This document shows positions 8,340 to 18,102 of a stretch of DNA of 64,000 bases, in pieces. Numbering within the stretch: the stretch's first letter is position 1; the number at the start of each line of letters is the position of its first letter. The stretch is from a virus (Duplodnaviria > Heunggongvirae > Uroviricota > Caudoviricetes): IMG/VR virus record IMGVR_UViG_2695420523_000009, positions 12,534 to 76,533 of that record. One strand, 5' to 3'. The position numbers and the translations under genes were made by a program. Under the pieces are notes generated by a model. That model was not told the origin of the DNA. It was given only the letters and a program-made list of their open reading frames with translations, and did no database searches.

Positions 8340-11300
8340 ATGAAGGCACTGATGGTTCGAACTGACTTCTCACTTGGGGAGTCGGCTCTAAAAGCAGAAA
8401 ACGCGGTGAAGATTGCCAGAGAAGCTGGCTACACCGCTGTAATTTCAGCAGATAGCATGAATATTGCGAGCGTTATTCCACTACAACGTGCCGCTGGTGA
8501 CGACATGGCGGTTATTTGTGGTGTGAAACTAAACATTGTTGATGATCCCACATACGAGCACCGGGCTAAACTTGCTAAAGAATCTATGAGATGTATGGAA
8601 TCATTAGAGCGGGGACGTAACTACTCGTTTACCGCTCTAATTAAAAATGAGCAAGGATATCGCGACATCTGCGAACTAATGACGGTGGCCAACACACGAG
8701 AACAGTTCTACTTTGTACCGCGTCTCTCGCTCGAACAGTTGGTTTCTACATATGCCAAAGGCAACATCATCCTGCTCACTTCCGACATCGGTAGCGTGTT
8801 CCAACGCAACGATTTTGCAAAAATCATAAGCTCACTGATTACAGCGGGCGGGAAAGACAACTTCTATAGTGTGGTTTATCCGCACCCTACCCCATTCTAC
8901 GACCAGATTAACGTCCGAGCGATGAAAGTCGCCAGCGCACTGAAAATAGAGCCAGTAGCGTTCTATCCCGCTTATTACGAATCGATCGACGATGCAGACA
9001 TTAAAGACATTGCGCACATGGTTACGAACAACATAAAAATCGACCAGCCGCATCGTCTGCGTATCCCCCACCAGCGAGATAACGCCATCAATGGTCGTCG
9101 CCATCTCCTTGAGGCGCTTAAAGCCTTCTCCGTTCGCATGGATGTGCCGGTAACAGCTGCAATGGCCTCAACAACGCAGGACTCCATTATCGATGCCTGC
9201 ACATGGCGCTGGCATGAATTGCCACCAGCACTGCCCAAGATGGCAGACGACGAACCTGCAACGCTGATGAAACTGGCTGTTGCAGGGCTGCGTAAACGTC
9301 TTACCACAAAAGAGTTTGGATACACACCACCTGCTTCTGAGAACAGGGTTTATGTTGAGCGGCTAAAGTACGAAATGGACACGCTGACTCGCCTGGGATT
9401 CTGTGGTTACTTCCTGATGGTACGCGATCTGATGAATCACAGCCGTGAAACTGGCATTCCTGTCGGGCCTGGTCGTGGTTCCTCTGCCGGTTCTCTGGTG
9501 GCGTGGTGCATAGGCATAACCAACGTCGACCCAATCCGTCACGGTCTTCTGTTTGAGCGTTTCATCAACCCTGAGCGTCTCGACTTGCCGGATGCGGACT
9601 TGGACTTCAGCCAGGCACGTCGCCATGAGGTGATCGAGTATCTGAATGAACGCTACGACGAAGATTACGTTGCAGGCATTCCGAACTTCACCTACCTGGG
9701 CGCAGCCTCTGCACTACGTGACACCGCTCGTATTTATGGTGTGGAGTCCGCAGATATGGCGGTATCAAAAGAACTGAAGAACGTCGAGGATGATAGCCTT
9801 CCATTGGAAGAGCTGCGCGAACAACTGGCAAGTCTCGACAAATACGCAACAAAATATCCTGATGCATTCAATGCAGCCTGCAAGTTACAAAGCCTTATGC
9901 GTGGCTTTGGTAGACATGCGGCAGGGATGATCGTAGCAGGTGTTCCTCTAACAGAACGTACACCGGTTGAGCGCCGTGGTGACGCGCGTTGTATCGCATT
10001 TGACAAGCGTTACTGCGAGGCTATGGGCCTAATTAAGCTGGACGTACTTGGTCTGGCAACTCTCGATTTGCTCGATAGTGCAAAACGCTACATAAAAGAG
10101 AACACAGGTGAAGATATCAATCTTGATGCCATTTCTCTTGAAGATCGCAAGGTGCTGGATGGTTTTGCTGCTGGGTACACTCAAGGTGTTTTCCAGCTTG
10201 AATCAGGCCCAATGCGCAAGCTGCTTAAAGATTTAGGTGGTGGAATTGAGCCAATGAGCTTTAAAACGGTTGTTGCTACGACTGCGCTCTTCCGGCCGGG
10301 GCCAATTCAGTCAGGCATGTTGGATGACTATGTTTCTGTAGCCAAAGGCTTTATGACGCCGGAATCATTACACCCCGTTCTTGATGAACTTACCGCAGAA
10401 ACAAATGGCGTGATTCTCTATCAGGAACAGACGATGAACGCGACTCGATTGCTTGCTGGCTTCACAATGGCTGAAGCTGACGGCGTTCGTAAAGCGATCG
10501 GTAAAAAAGACATGGAAAAAATGAAGAGCATGGGCGAGAAGTTCATCGTTCAGGCTCAAGCTGGCTGGATAGACGTTGAGCTGGAAGATGGCACTACACA
10601 GCGCATTCACCGTGCGGAACATTTTAAATGCGAAGACGGAACTCTGAAAACTGTCGAAGAGGCACTTGAGTACGGCGCAAAACTACCTATAAACGCAGTA
10701 CGCGTTACAGCGTCACATCCAGGGCTATCAGAGATGAAAGCGAAGGAGATCTGGACCGCATTCGAAAAGAATGGTGCCTACCAGTTCAACAAATCACACT
10801 CTGTTGCTTACTCCTTAATCAGTTATCAATCTATGTGGTTGAAAACTCATTATCCCGCGGAGTTCTTCGCTGCTGCTCTCACTATTCTTGGCGAAGATAA
10901 ACACCAGGGGCTGGTTAAAGATGCGCTGACCTATGGTATTCGCGTATTGCCACCAGACGTTAACGTGTCATCTAACCGAATCGAGATCCGCACGCTTGAA
11001 GATGGCAGCCAGGTGCTGTATGCGCCCTTCTCTGCTGTGAAAGGGTGTTCTGAGAATGGCTGCCAAGCCATCATGAGAGCGCGAGAAAAAGTTGGCGGCA
11101 AATTCGAGTCACTGGCGCAATTCGAAGAAGCTGTCGAGAAACGTGCCTGTAATAGTCGAGTGCGCGAATCGCTGCAAAAAGTAGGGGCGTTTGCATCCAT
11201 CGAGCCAGGCAGTCTGCCAGCAACTGATCCAGAGCGCCTACGCGACCAGGCTGAATTGATGGGAAACCTTGTCATAGACGCAGTTAAAGCCTCACGTCCG

Positions 11301-11858
11301 TTTGAGATGAACCCCAAACGTTCGGCTGAAATTAACGTACTCATGACGCGGATGGCGGCTGAAATGGGCTTAGGTGATGAACTAATCCGCCCCAGCATTG
11401 GTATTAAGCCGAAAATCATGATCATTCTGGACAATGCGAACGGCAATGATGCTCGAACCGGTTACTTTATGGAGAACGGATACGACGACTTTAAGGCCAA
11501 GCTATTGACGGCTGGAGATTTACGCATGGGCGATCTCTATGTCACAGGTGTTTGCAAGAAGGTTAAAGACAAAGAAAAAGACTACACCAAAGACGAGATC
11601 GGCCAGTTCACCGACTTTATGCGTGAAGAGATCAATCTGGTGCGTCCGACCTATGTGCTGACGTGTGGCAGCCGGGCAACTTCATTGTTTAACAACAAAA
11701 ACAAGCCATCCGATTTGGTCGGCAGGAAGGAGTATCTTCCAGACCTTGACGTTACTGTCTTTTACGGGTTTAACCCCAACATTCTTTACTTCAGACCTGA
11801 AGAGGGAGAACGACTAGAAGCGATATTAGCCGACGTAGCAGAAACCATTAAGACGTGA
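8340..11858 (+). CDS. dnaE: DNA polymerase III alpha-subunit-like replicative polymerase (DnaE family, PHP + polymerase core)
   Basis: 1172 aa; N-terminal PHP-like region (MVRTDFSLGESALKAENAVKIAREAGYTAVISADSMN) and DnaE-type core; start in conserved context AAAAACACATG. Confidence 0.9.
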   Translation: MKALMVRTDFSLGESALKAENAVKIAREAGYTAVISADSMNIASVIPLQRAAGDDMAVICGVKLNIVDDPTYEHRAKLAKESMRCMESLERGRNYSFTALIKNEQGYRDICELMTVANTREQFYFVPRLSLEQLVSTYAKGNIILLTSDIGSVFQRNDFAKIISSLITAGGKDNFYSVVYPHPTPFYDQINVRAMKVASALKIEPVAFYPAYYESIDDADIKDIAHMVTNNIKIDQPHRLRIPHQRDNAINGRRHLLEALKAFSVRMDVPVTAAMASTTQDSIIDACTWRWHELPPALPKMADDEPATLMKLAVAGLRKRLTTKEFGYTPPASENRVYVERLKYEMDTLTRLGFCGYFLMVRDLMNHSRETGIPVGPGRGSSAGSLVAWCIGITNVDPIRHGLLFERFINPERLDLPDADLDFSQARRHEVIEYLNERYDEDYVAGIPNFTYLGAASALRDTARIYGVESADMAVSKELKNVEDDSLPLEELREQLASLDKYATKYPDAFNAACKLQSLMRGFGRHAAGMIVAGVPLTERTPVERRGDARCIAFDKRYCEAMGLIKLDVLGLATLDLLDSAKRYIKENTGEDINLDAISLEDRKVLDGFAAGYTQGVFQLESGPMRKLLKDLGGGIEPMSFKTVVATTALFRPGPIQSGMLDDYVSVAKGFMTPESLHPVLDELTAETNGVILYQEQTMNATRLLAGFTMAEADGVRKAIGKKDMEKMKSMGEKFIVQAQAGWIDVELEDGTTQRIHRAEHFKCEDGTLKTVEEALEYGAKLPINAVRVTASHPGLSEMKAKEIWTAFEKNGAYQFNKSHSVAYSLISYQSMWLKTHYPAEFFAAALTILGEDKHQGLVKDALTYGIRVLPPDVNVSSNRIEIRTLEDGSQVLYAPFSAVKGCSENGCQAIMRAREKVGGKFESLAQFEEAVEKRACNSRVRESLQKVGAFASIEPGSLPATDPERLRDQAELMGNLVIDAVKASRPFEMNPKRSAEINVLMTRMAAEMGLGDELIRPSIGIKPKIMIILDNANGNDARTGYFMENGYDDFKAKLLTAGDLRMGDLYVTGVCKKVKDKEKDYTKDEIGQFTDFMREEINLVRPTYVLTCGSRATSLFNNKNKPSDLVGRKEYLPDLDVTVFYGFNPNILYFRPEEGERLEAILADVAETIKT

Positions 11859-11865
11859 TCCCATA

Positions 11866-11892
11866 AACATGGCCTCTATGGCCATGTTTTCT
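11866..11892 (+). terminator. rho-independent terminator
   Basis: AACATGGCC-tctat-GGCCATGTT hairpin followed by TT run, just after the dnaE stop. Confidence 0.7.
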
Positions 11893-11983
11893 CTTATCCC
11901 CTCATATCCCCTATCCTCGAACTCCTTGCCTTATCATCACAATGATATAATCAATATAAGATGATAAGTAAAAAGGAAAGCAT

Positions 11984-12415
11984 ATGATCACCGATATTTA
12001 CGAGAAAATAATGTCTGATCTCGAGTTTGACCGAGACAATCTGGAGGAAGTCTGGCGTAGACAACCCCGCCTTTTAATGGAGTATGGCTCAAAACTCGCT
12101 CATGCAGAAAGAAGTGTCGCAGAGGCAAAACTTAACCTTGAAGCTGTTGAAGCAAAGCTATACGACACAGAGCGTAAGAACTTGAGTATGAACGGCATTA
12201 AGTTCAACGAATCTGTACTGGACGCTAAGGTTAAAACAAACCCACAGTATCTGTCTAAACGGCAGAAGTTGGATGAAGCACGGCACATCGCAGACATATA
12301 CAAACATGCTGTCGCCGCCTTTTCGCATCGCCGAGACATGATCGTTCAGGCGTCAAAGATGGCCATCGTTGAATTAGAGCGATTAGGCTCTGAACGCTTT
12401 ATTACTCCCCGTTGA
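11984..12415 (+). CDS. hypothetical protein (coiled-coil)
   Basis: 143 aa ORF with RBS GGAAAG; sits immediately upstream of the gp32-like SSB gene. Confidence 0.55.
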   Translation: MITDIYEKIMSDLEFDRDNLEEVWRRQPRLLMEYGSKLAHAERSVAEAKLNLEAVEAKLYDTERKNLSMNGIKFNESVLDAKVKTNPQYLSKRQKLDEARHIADIYKHAVAAFSHRRDMIVQASKMAIVELERLGSERFITPR

Positions 12416-12532
12416 TTTTTGATAGATAATAAGTAAGTACTGATCTATTATTTAACAGCTCGAAAGAGCCACGAATGAACGAAAGCCCAACGCGCATAGC
12501 GCCATCGGCCAAATCACAACAAGGAGAAACAC

Positions 12533-13561
12533 ATGTCTAAGACATTACTTGATTTGCTTAACAAAACTCGTGAAGACATTGCCGCCAAACGTGGTAACAA
12601 CGTTGATCTGACTCGCTTAAAAGACGGCGTCAACTATATCCGCATCTTCCCGAATAAAGACGACCCAAACGGTAAGTTCTTCCAGACTTTCGGTATGCAC
12701 TACGTTAAGTATCAGAACGAGGAAGGTAAAGAAGCAACCAACGCTTATATTTGTGAGCAACATACTCACGGTCGCGCTTGTCAGCTATGCGAAATGGTGA
12801 TGGAAGGTCGCGCTCGTCACAAGGGTAACAAAGCAATGGAAGAACGCATCGGTCAAATGCGTGCCACTCCTCGCTACCTGGTCAACGGCATTCTTTCTGC
12901 TCGTGAGGATTTCGCAGATGCTGAGAAATGCCAGTTAATCGAGCTGCCGTCTACTGTATTCGATGATATCTGCAAAGCAATCACCGAAGACATCGCTGAT
13001 GATATCGGCAATCCACTGAGCAAAGAGGAAGGCTACGCATTCCTGATTAAACGTACTGGCTCTGGTCGCGATACCAAATATGACGTCTCGCCTAAGCGTA
13101 AAGTCTACAAAGGCGATATCGAAGATAAATTCTGGAATACCCAGCATGATCTGATCGCATACGCAAATCAAGCTGATGAAACTCGTCTTCTGTCGACAGT
13201 TCGCACTATGGGTCGTCTGATTGGCATCGCTGCACCAACTGCCGCAGCATCTGCACCAGCAATTTCCTCAACCGCGAAAACATCGGCTGCGGCACTACCT
13301 GGATTTGGCTCTGTCACTGGTCATACGGAGGGTGCGACTGCTGTAGCTACCGCTCATACCCCAGCTTCTGAACCAACCAGTCTGGTTGATGAAGAAATCC
13401 TCCGTGCCGTTGAAACTGAATTTAAACCAGAAGCAAGTCCCGCTGCCGTTGCAGTATCAGTCAAAGAGTCTGAAGCAGTCGCAGCGACATCTGTAGCAGC
13501 CGCATCTGCGACGGAAGATGAAGGTCTGGATGACCTACTGAGAGAGCTGGACTCTCTGTAA
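12533..13561 (+). CDS. single-stranded DNA-binding protein, T4 gp32-like
   Basis: IRIFPNKDDPNGKFF resembles gp32 IRFLPSKNDE; Zn-site-like C-x2-H-x-H-x3-C-x2-C (CEQHTHGRACQLC); Ala-rich linker and acidic C-terminal tail (EDEGLDDLLRELDSL). Confidence 0.7.
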   Translation: MSKTLLDLLNKTREDIAAKRGNNVDLTRLKDGVNYIRIFPNKDDPNGKFFQTFGMHYVKYQNEEGKEATNAYICEQHTHGRACQLCEMVMEGRARHKGNKAMEERIGQMRATPRYLVNGILSAREDFADAEKCQLIELPSTVFDDICKAITEDIADDIGNPLSKEEGYAFLIKRTGSGRDTKYDVSPKRKVYKGDIEDKFWNTQHDLIAYANQADETRLLSTVRTMGRLIGIAAPTAAASAPAISSTAKTSAAALPGFGSVTGHTEGATAVATAHTPASEPTSLVDEEILRAVETEFKPEASPAAVAVSVKESEAVAATSVAAASATEDEGLDDLLRELDSL

Positions 13562-13578
13562 TCCCATTACGTGACCAG

Positions 13579-13606
13579 TAAGGCGTCTACGGACGCCTTA
13601 CTTTTT
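13579..13606 (+). terminator. rho-independent terminator
   Basis: TAAGGCGTC-tacg-GACGCCTTA hairpin followed by CTTTTT; lies inside the ORF-track version of the next gene, hence the re-assigned start. Confidence 0.65.
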
Positions 13607-13621
13607 GGAAGGAATGTACCG

Positions 13622-14566
13622 GTGAATTATCTCTTCGTAGATGGCAATAGCCTGGGTTATTACCACCAACAATCTGACAAATTGCACAACGGCGAAATGG
13701 AAGTACAGGCTGCTTTCGGCTTTGTTAAGAACGTCCGTCGTTATGCCTCCATCCTCCATGCCCGACCTATGATTCTTTGGGATGGATTTAGTGACAAGCG
13801 TCGCGACTTTTACCCGGACTACAAAGCAAATCGCGACGACGATCCTGATATGAAAAAGATGAAGGAAGGCTTTGCTATCCAGAAGCCATACATCCTCAAA
13901 ATGATGACCGCGCTTGGAGTTACCCAACTCATTGCAAAAGATGCAGAAGCGGATGATCTGGCCGGGCTGCTGGTAGCCAGCATTGCACCGCAGCCAATCG
14001 TTGAACACATCTATCTGTTAACAGGCGATAGCGACTGGCTTCAGTTAGTTCGCGAAAACGTAAGCTGGGTAAGCCTGCGCGAAGACGCCAAAAACAAGCA
14101 GGTTAATTTTGAGCAATTTGCGGAACTGACAGGATTCGCTACTCCTCGCGCATTTTTGGAAGCAAAAGCATTACAAGGCGATAAATCGGACAACATTAGC
14201 GGTGTTGGTGGCATTGGTGCTGGCGGTGCGAAAGAGCTGCTGCATGAATGGGGAAGTGTCGCAACGATGGTACGCGGTATCAACGACGGCTCAATCGTGG
14301 TTGACAAAGGACGCCATAAGACCGCCTTCAACAAACTAGCGAAGAATGCCTTCAACGAGAAAACAGGCTGTCGAATGCTCGAAGCGTTCAAGAGAAACAT
14401 CACGCTAATGAACCTGATTGAGACGAAGTTTCCGCCTACCGAAATCGAAACAATCAAAGGCAATCGTGACGTGAAAGCATTCGAGCAACTGTGCTACGAG
14501 CTGAATTTCCGTTCGTTCCTTGAAGACCTTGAAGTGTTTGTTCTTCCATTCGAAAGGTATTGCTAA
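13622..14566 (+). CDS. 5'-3' exonuclease / flap endonuclease (T4 RNase H / PolA 5'-exo family)
   Basis: FVDGNSLGYYH N-terminal motif, GDSDWLQLV, H3TH-like ALQGDKSDNISGVGGIGAGGAKEL; start set to GTG 13622 (RBS GGAAGGA 6 nt upstream) rather than the ORF-track GTG 13571, which overlaps the terminator. Confidence 0.8.
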   Translation: MNYLFVDGNSLGYYHQQSDKLHNGEMEVQAAFGFVKNVRRYASILHARPMILWDGFSDKRRDFYPDYKANRDDDPDMKKMKEGFAIQKPYILKMMTALGVTQLIAKDAEADDLAGLLVASIAPQPIVEHIYLLTGDSDWLQLVRENVSWVSLREDAKNKQVNFEQFAELTGFATPRAFLEAKALQGDKSDNISGVGGIGAGGAKELLHEWGSVATMVRGINDGSIVVDKGRHKTAFNKLAKNAFNEKTGCRMLEAFKRNITLMNLIETKFPPTEIETIKGNRDVKAFEQLCYELNFRSFLEDLEVFVLPFERYC

Positions 14567-14832
14567 TGCTTAAATCGATTATCAATGGCGCTACAACCAC
14601 CCCTGCCCAACTGGCAAAAGAGATTGTCTTTTATCACGGTGAGTACGCTGTCATCGCACTGCCGTCAATTCTAGGCGCTGCCGGAATGAAAGCGACAGAT
14701 CGCGAGTTTGGATTAGTCAGCGAGCAGGTCGTAAAAATCCTCGCTCGTGTATCCAGACTCCTTAACCACGATGCGATTGTATTCGATGAATCCGCCGCTT
14801 TAAAACGAATCAACGAAACAAAAGGAGCCTGA
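14566..14832 (+). CDS. hypothetical protein
   Basis: 88 aa from ATG 14566 overlapping the upstream stop (TAATG coupling), RBS GAAAGG. Confidence 0.5.
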   Translation: MLKSIINGATTTPAQLAKEIVFYHGEYAVIALPSILGAAGMKATDREFGLVSEQVVKILARVSRLLNHDAIVFDESAALKRINETKGA

Positions 14833-14834
14833 TC

Positions 14835-15908
14835 ATGGCAAAAGGAAAATCCGCACTGGCACTTGCTCTGAAAAAGAAAATCGGTAGCAACGACGAAATT
14901 CAGAAAGTAACTCATTGGATTGATACAGGCTTTCCACCGTTAAACAAAGCTATTTCTGGTCGTTACGATGGCGGCTTCCCATGTGGTCGTATCGTCGAAG
15001 TATTCGGTCCTCCAAGTGCAGGGAAAACGTTCCTTGCAACAGCAGCGATGATCTCCGCTCAAAAACAAGATGGTCTGGCGGTATTCCTCGATCATGAAAA
15101 CAGTTTTGACGTTGGCCTGGCTGTAGCCAATGGCCTGAACGCAGATGAAGATGACGGCCAGTGGGTATACAAGCAGCCAGATACCTTCGAAGACTCTGTG
15201 GAGTTGATCGGCACAATACTTAAATTGGTACGTGATGAAGAGCTTATCCCTGAATCAGCACCTATCTGTATCGTGGCGGACTCACTTGCGTCTATGGTTC
15301 CGAACTCCAAAGCCGAGAAGTTCGAAAAGATGGCTGAAGGCACTGCCAAAGACAAAGATCAGCTAAACATGAATGACAATACGGCGCTGGCTCGTGCGAC
15401 GAGTGCGAACTTCCCCACTCTGGCTTTGTGGGCACGCAAATACAACGCCTGCATCATCTTCTTGAATCAGGTTCGCACAAAAATCGGTGTAATGTTTGGC
15501 GACCCTACGACGTCACCAGGTGGCGATTCGCCGAAGTTTTACGCTTCTGTGCGCATCCGTCTCGGTGCATCGGTGATGAAGGATGGTAAAGAGAAGATCG
15601 GTCAGGACGTAGGCGCAGAGTGCATCAAAAACAAAGTTGCACCACCTTATGGCAAGTGCACCTGGAAATTCTACTTCGATCCTACTCGTGGCCTCGACGT
15701 TATCGAATCGCTCGTCGAGTACATGCTGGATGAAGGATACCTGCCAAAGAACGCAAGCGGTCGAGTAGAAATTGGCGACAAGAAATACACCAAATCACAG
15801 ATCGTCGAGATGTATCGGGAGAAGCCACTAGCTGAAATCATTGCGGCTTTGCAGGCAATCGACGACCGGAGAGCAAAAGACACCCCCACCGAGTCAGTAG
15901 AAGAGTAA
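14835..15908 (+). CDS. RecA/UvsX-family recombinase
   Basis: Walker A GPPSAGKTFLA, RecA-like core (VFLDHENSFD ... IIFLNQVRTKIG); 357 aa. Confidence 0.85.
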   Translation: MAKGKSALALALKKKIGSNDEIQKVTHWIDTGFPPLNKAISGRYDGGFPCGRIVEVFGPPSAGKTFLATAAMISAQKQDGLAVFLDHENSFDVGLAVANGLNADEDDGQWVYKQPDTFEDSVELIGTILKLVRDEELIPESAPICIVADSLASMVPNSKAEKFEKMAEGTAKDKDQLNMNDNTALARATSANFPTLALWARKYNACIIFLNQVRTKIGVMFGDPTTSPGGDSPKFYASVRIRLGASVMKDGKEKIGQDVGAECIKNKVAPPYGKCTWKFYFDPTRGLDVIESLVEYMLDEGYLPKNASGRVEIGDKKYTKSQIVEMYREKPLAEIIAALQAIDDRRAKDTPTESVEE

Positions 15909-15912
15909 ACAC

Positions 15913-15937
15913 AAGGCGTCCACAGGACGCCTTTTTT
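15913..15937 (+). terminator. rho-independent terminator
   Basis: AAGGCGTCC-aca-GGACGCCTT followed by TTTT; stem nearly identical to the terminators at 13579 and 17052. Confidence 0.75.
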
Positions 15938-15952
15938 ATCTCTTGAAAATAT

Positions 15953-15968
15953 ATAAGTACCTACTTAT
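15953..15968. promoter_or_regulatory. palindrome ATAAGTA-cc-TACTTAT
   Basis: Perfect 7-bp inverted arms, 2-bp spacer, about 30 bp upstream of the ATG at 16001. Confidence 0.4.
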
Positions 15969-16000
15969 TATTTTCGCATAACAACCACATAGGAAAACAC

Positions 16001-16201
16001 ATGATCAAAATCTATCTATTGGCAGTAACCACAGGCCTTTCAGTGGCTCTCATCTACGGTTTACTGGTTCCGTCGCTGATTTCTACCAAGAGTGATTTAG
16101 CCGTCATGTTTGGAATTATCGTTGGTTTTGGTGCTCCTGTAATCGGTCTTATTGCTGGTCGTAAATTTATTAACTCATTAATCAAAGCAAAGGGGAAATA
16201 A
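16001..16201 (+). CDS. small membrane protein (2 predicted TM helices)
   Basis: 66 aa, hydrophobic, RBS AGGAAAACACATG; directly upstream of the SPFH lipoprotein gene. Confidence 0.55.
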   Translation: MIKIYLLAVTTGLSVALIYGLLVPSLISTKSDLAVMFGIIVGFGAPVIGLIAGRKFINSLIKAKGK

Positions 16202-16204
16202 GTA

Positions 16205-17035
16205 ATGAAGAAAGGTTTACTTGCAGTTGCTCTGGCGGCTATTTGCACAATGGGTCTTACTGGCTGTGATCGCGTGGAGCCTGGATACGTTGGCATCAAA
16301 GTAAACAAATTAGGTGAAGACAAAGGGGTTGGTGAAGTAGTTGGCGTTGGTCGCCAATGGACAGGTCTTAACACCGAACTTTACGTATTTCCGACCTTCA
16401 AACAAATGAAGACCTACGACGAACCGTTCACATTCCAGATGAGTGACGGTACTGCTATTGGTCACAAAATTGGCGTTGCATATCTGGTTAATCGTGACAA
16501 GGTAACGACGGTGTTCCAGACCTATCGCAAAGGCGTAGACGATATCACCGAATCAGATCTGCGTCAGAAAATTGCCGACTCTCTAAACCGTTTGGCCAGC
16601 CGTATGACCACTGACTCATTTATCGACGGTGGTAAGGCGCAATTGCTGGACAACGCACTGAAAGATATTCAGAAAGAGATGTCTCCGGTTGGTATTGAGG
16701 TACTGAGCCTGTCATGGGTTGGAAAGCCTGATTACCCAAAAACCGTCATTGAATCTATCAACGCCAAAGTAACGGCTAACCAGCGTACTCTGCAACGTCA
16801 GCAGGAAGTTGAACAACGTAAAGCTGAGGCGAATATGCTACGTGAACAGGCTAATGGTGAAGCTGATGCTATCCGTGCTCGTGCGCAAGCAGAAGCAGAC
16901 GCCATTCGTCTGCGCGGTGAAGCTCTGCGTCAAAACCCGAACGTTATGGAACTGGAAGCCATCAATAAATGGAATGGCCAGTTACCGCAGTACATGACTC
17001 AAGGGGCTAACACTCCTTTCATTACAGTGAAATAA
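16205..17035 (+). CDS. SPFH/band-7 (stomatin/prohibitin-like) lipoprotein
   Basis: Lipobox LTGC after signal peptide; band-7-like core followed by Ala/Glu/Arg-rich coiled coil. Confidence 0.7.
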   Translation: MKKGLLAVALAAICTMGLTGCDRVEPGYVGIKVNKLGEDKGVGEVVGVGRQWTGLNTELYVFPTFKQMKTYDEPFTFQMSDGTAIGHKIGVAYLVNRDKVTTVFQTYRKGVDDITESDLRQKIADSLNRLASRMTTDSFIDGGKAQLLDNALKDIQKEMSPVGIEVLSLSWVGKPDYPKTVIESINAKVTANQRTLQRQQEVEQRKAEANMLREQANGEADAIRARAQAEADAIRLRGEALRQNPNVMELEAINKWNGQLPQYMTQGANTPFITVK

Positions 17036-17051
17036 CTCCCCTAAAAAGTTC

Positions 17052-17076
17052 AGGCGTCCAGTTGGACGCCTTTTTT
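17052..17076 (+). terminator. rho-independent terminator
   Basis: AGGCGTCC-agtt-GGACGCCT followed by TTTTTT. Confidence 0.75.
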
Positions 17077-17095
17077 ATCGAAATTATCTTATTAA

Positions 17096-17111
17096 GAAAA
17101 CAATTTGTTTA
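17096..17111. promoter_or_regulatory. GAAAACAA-N-TTGTTT palindromic motif
   Basis: GAAAACAATTTGTTTA, 15 bp upstream of the ATG at 17127. Confidence 0.45.
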
Positions 17112-17126
17112 AAAGGATAAGAAAAC

Positions 17127-17552
17127 ATGACAGTTATTAAGAAACTCTACGATGCCGCAAACGTGGCTCTGGATGTTATTGATGATGAAGTAGCAAAAGG
17201 CTTTCCTGAACCTGATTGGGCGCATCAGCTACGAAACGCTATCGCAGAAATGACCCCACCAGATCCAACCCCCGACGAGACAGACTGGCAGCGATTCATC
17301 CGTATGTACGCTCAGGAAATAGGTCCAACGCCAACGGCAGAGCAGGCAATGCTGCTGAAATACTTCAAAGAGGCGGGAGAGGATTTACCAATTGATGACT
17401 CAGCATATTGGTTCCACTGCGCATGGCGTAAGTATGACGTGATATTCACACAAGGCATGGGAAGCAAAGATATGGTTGTGTGGCATCTACTCCATATAGA
17501 CACAGCCGTTGACAGAGTTATTGAACAGTTTTTCCCTAAACAAGAAGATTGA
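17127..17552 (+). CDS. hypothetical protein
   Basis: 141 aa ORF, RBS AAGGATAAGAAAAC. Confidence 0.55.
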   Translation: MTVIKKLYDAANVALDVIDDEVAKGFPEPDWAHQLRNAIAEMTPPDPTPDETDWQRFIRMYAQEIGPTPTAEQAMLLKYFKEAGEDLPIDDSAYWFHCAWRKYDVIFTQGMGSKDMVVWHLLHIDTAVDRVIEQFFPKQED

Positions 17553-17607
17553 TCGCCTATTCATAACTAACAAAATAAGTAAACACTAACCACAAAAGGA
17601 AAAACAC

Positions 17608-17883
17608 ATGAGAGTTTTAGTTCGAATCGTTACCAGCACTGTCTATGACGTGTTTCCGCTTTTTATGGTCAAAGTCGATGGCCTTAACGATGAAGAAACT
17701 GACGCGCTGATCCAGCGTACTCTTGTTGAATATACAGGTCATGACGCTGATTCAGTGATGGTTGATGATGATGGTGTTTGTTGGCATAACGGCAACTGTT
17801 GGTACGTAGAAGAGACTCAACAAATCAGTAATGAAGATGCTGAACATCTTGAGCGTATTTTAAGCATCAGCACTTTTGAGTGA
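17608..17883 (+). CDS. hypothetical protein
   Basis: 91 aa ORF with conserved initiation context AAAAGGAAAAACACATG. Confidence 0.55.
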   Translation: MRVLVRIVTSTVYDVFPLFMVKVDGLNDEETDALIQRTLVEYTGHDADSVMVDDDGVCWHNGNCWYVEETQQISNEDAEHLERILSISTFE

Positions 17884-17922
17884 GTTTACAGTAAAGTTTA
17901 TATAAGTTAGTATCTACCTATC

Positions 17923-18102
17923 ATGAAGATTTTTATTGAATACTTGTTACTCATCGTTTCAATAGCTTTTGTCATCGACTGCATTTTCACTGGTGTCATT
18001 CGTAAAGTCTTTTCCCCGGTGCACGACGTAGTCATAAACGCTTTGGCTATCGTGCTCGTATTTAATTCAGCATTTGATGTAATCAAAGAGGTGGCAGCAT
18101 GA
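17923..18102 (+). CDS. hypothetical small hydrophobic protein
   Basis: 59 aa ORF (below ORF-track cutoff) whose stop overlaps the next start (ATGA); hydrophobic. Confidence 0.35.
   Translation: MKIFIEYLLLIVSIAFVIDCIFTGVIRKVFSPVHDVVINALAIVLVFNSAFDVIKEVAA

Noticed and set aside
8162-8365. 67-aa ORF between cobS-like and dnaE
   Set aside because: No RBS; overlaps the dnaE start, which has the conserved initiation context; Cys/Gly-rich low-information translation. Possibly non-coding spacer.
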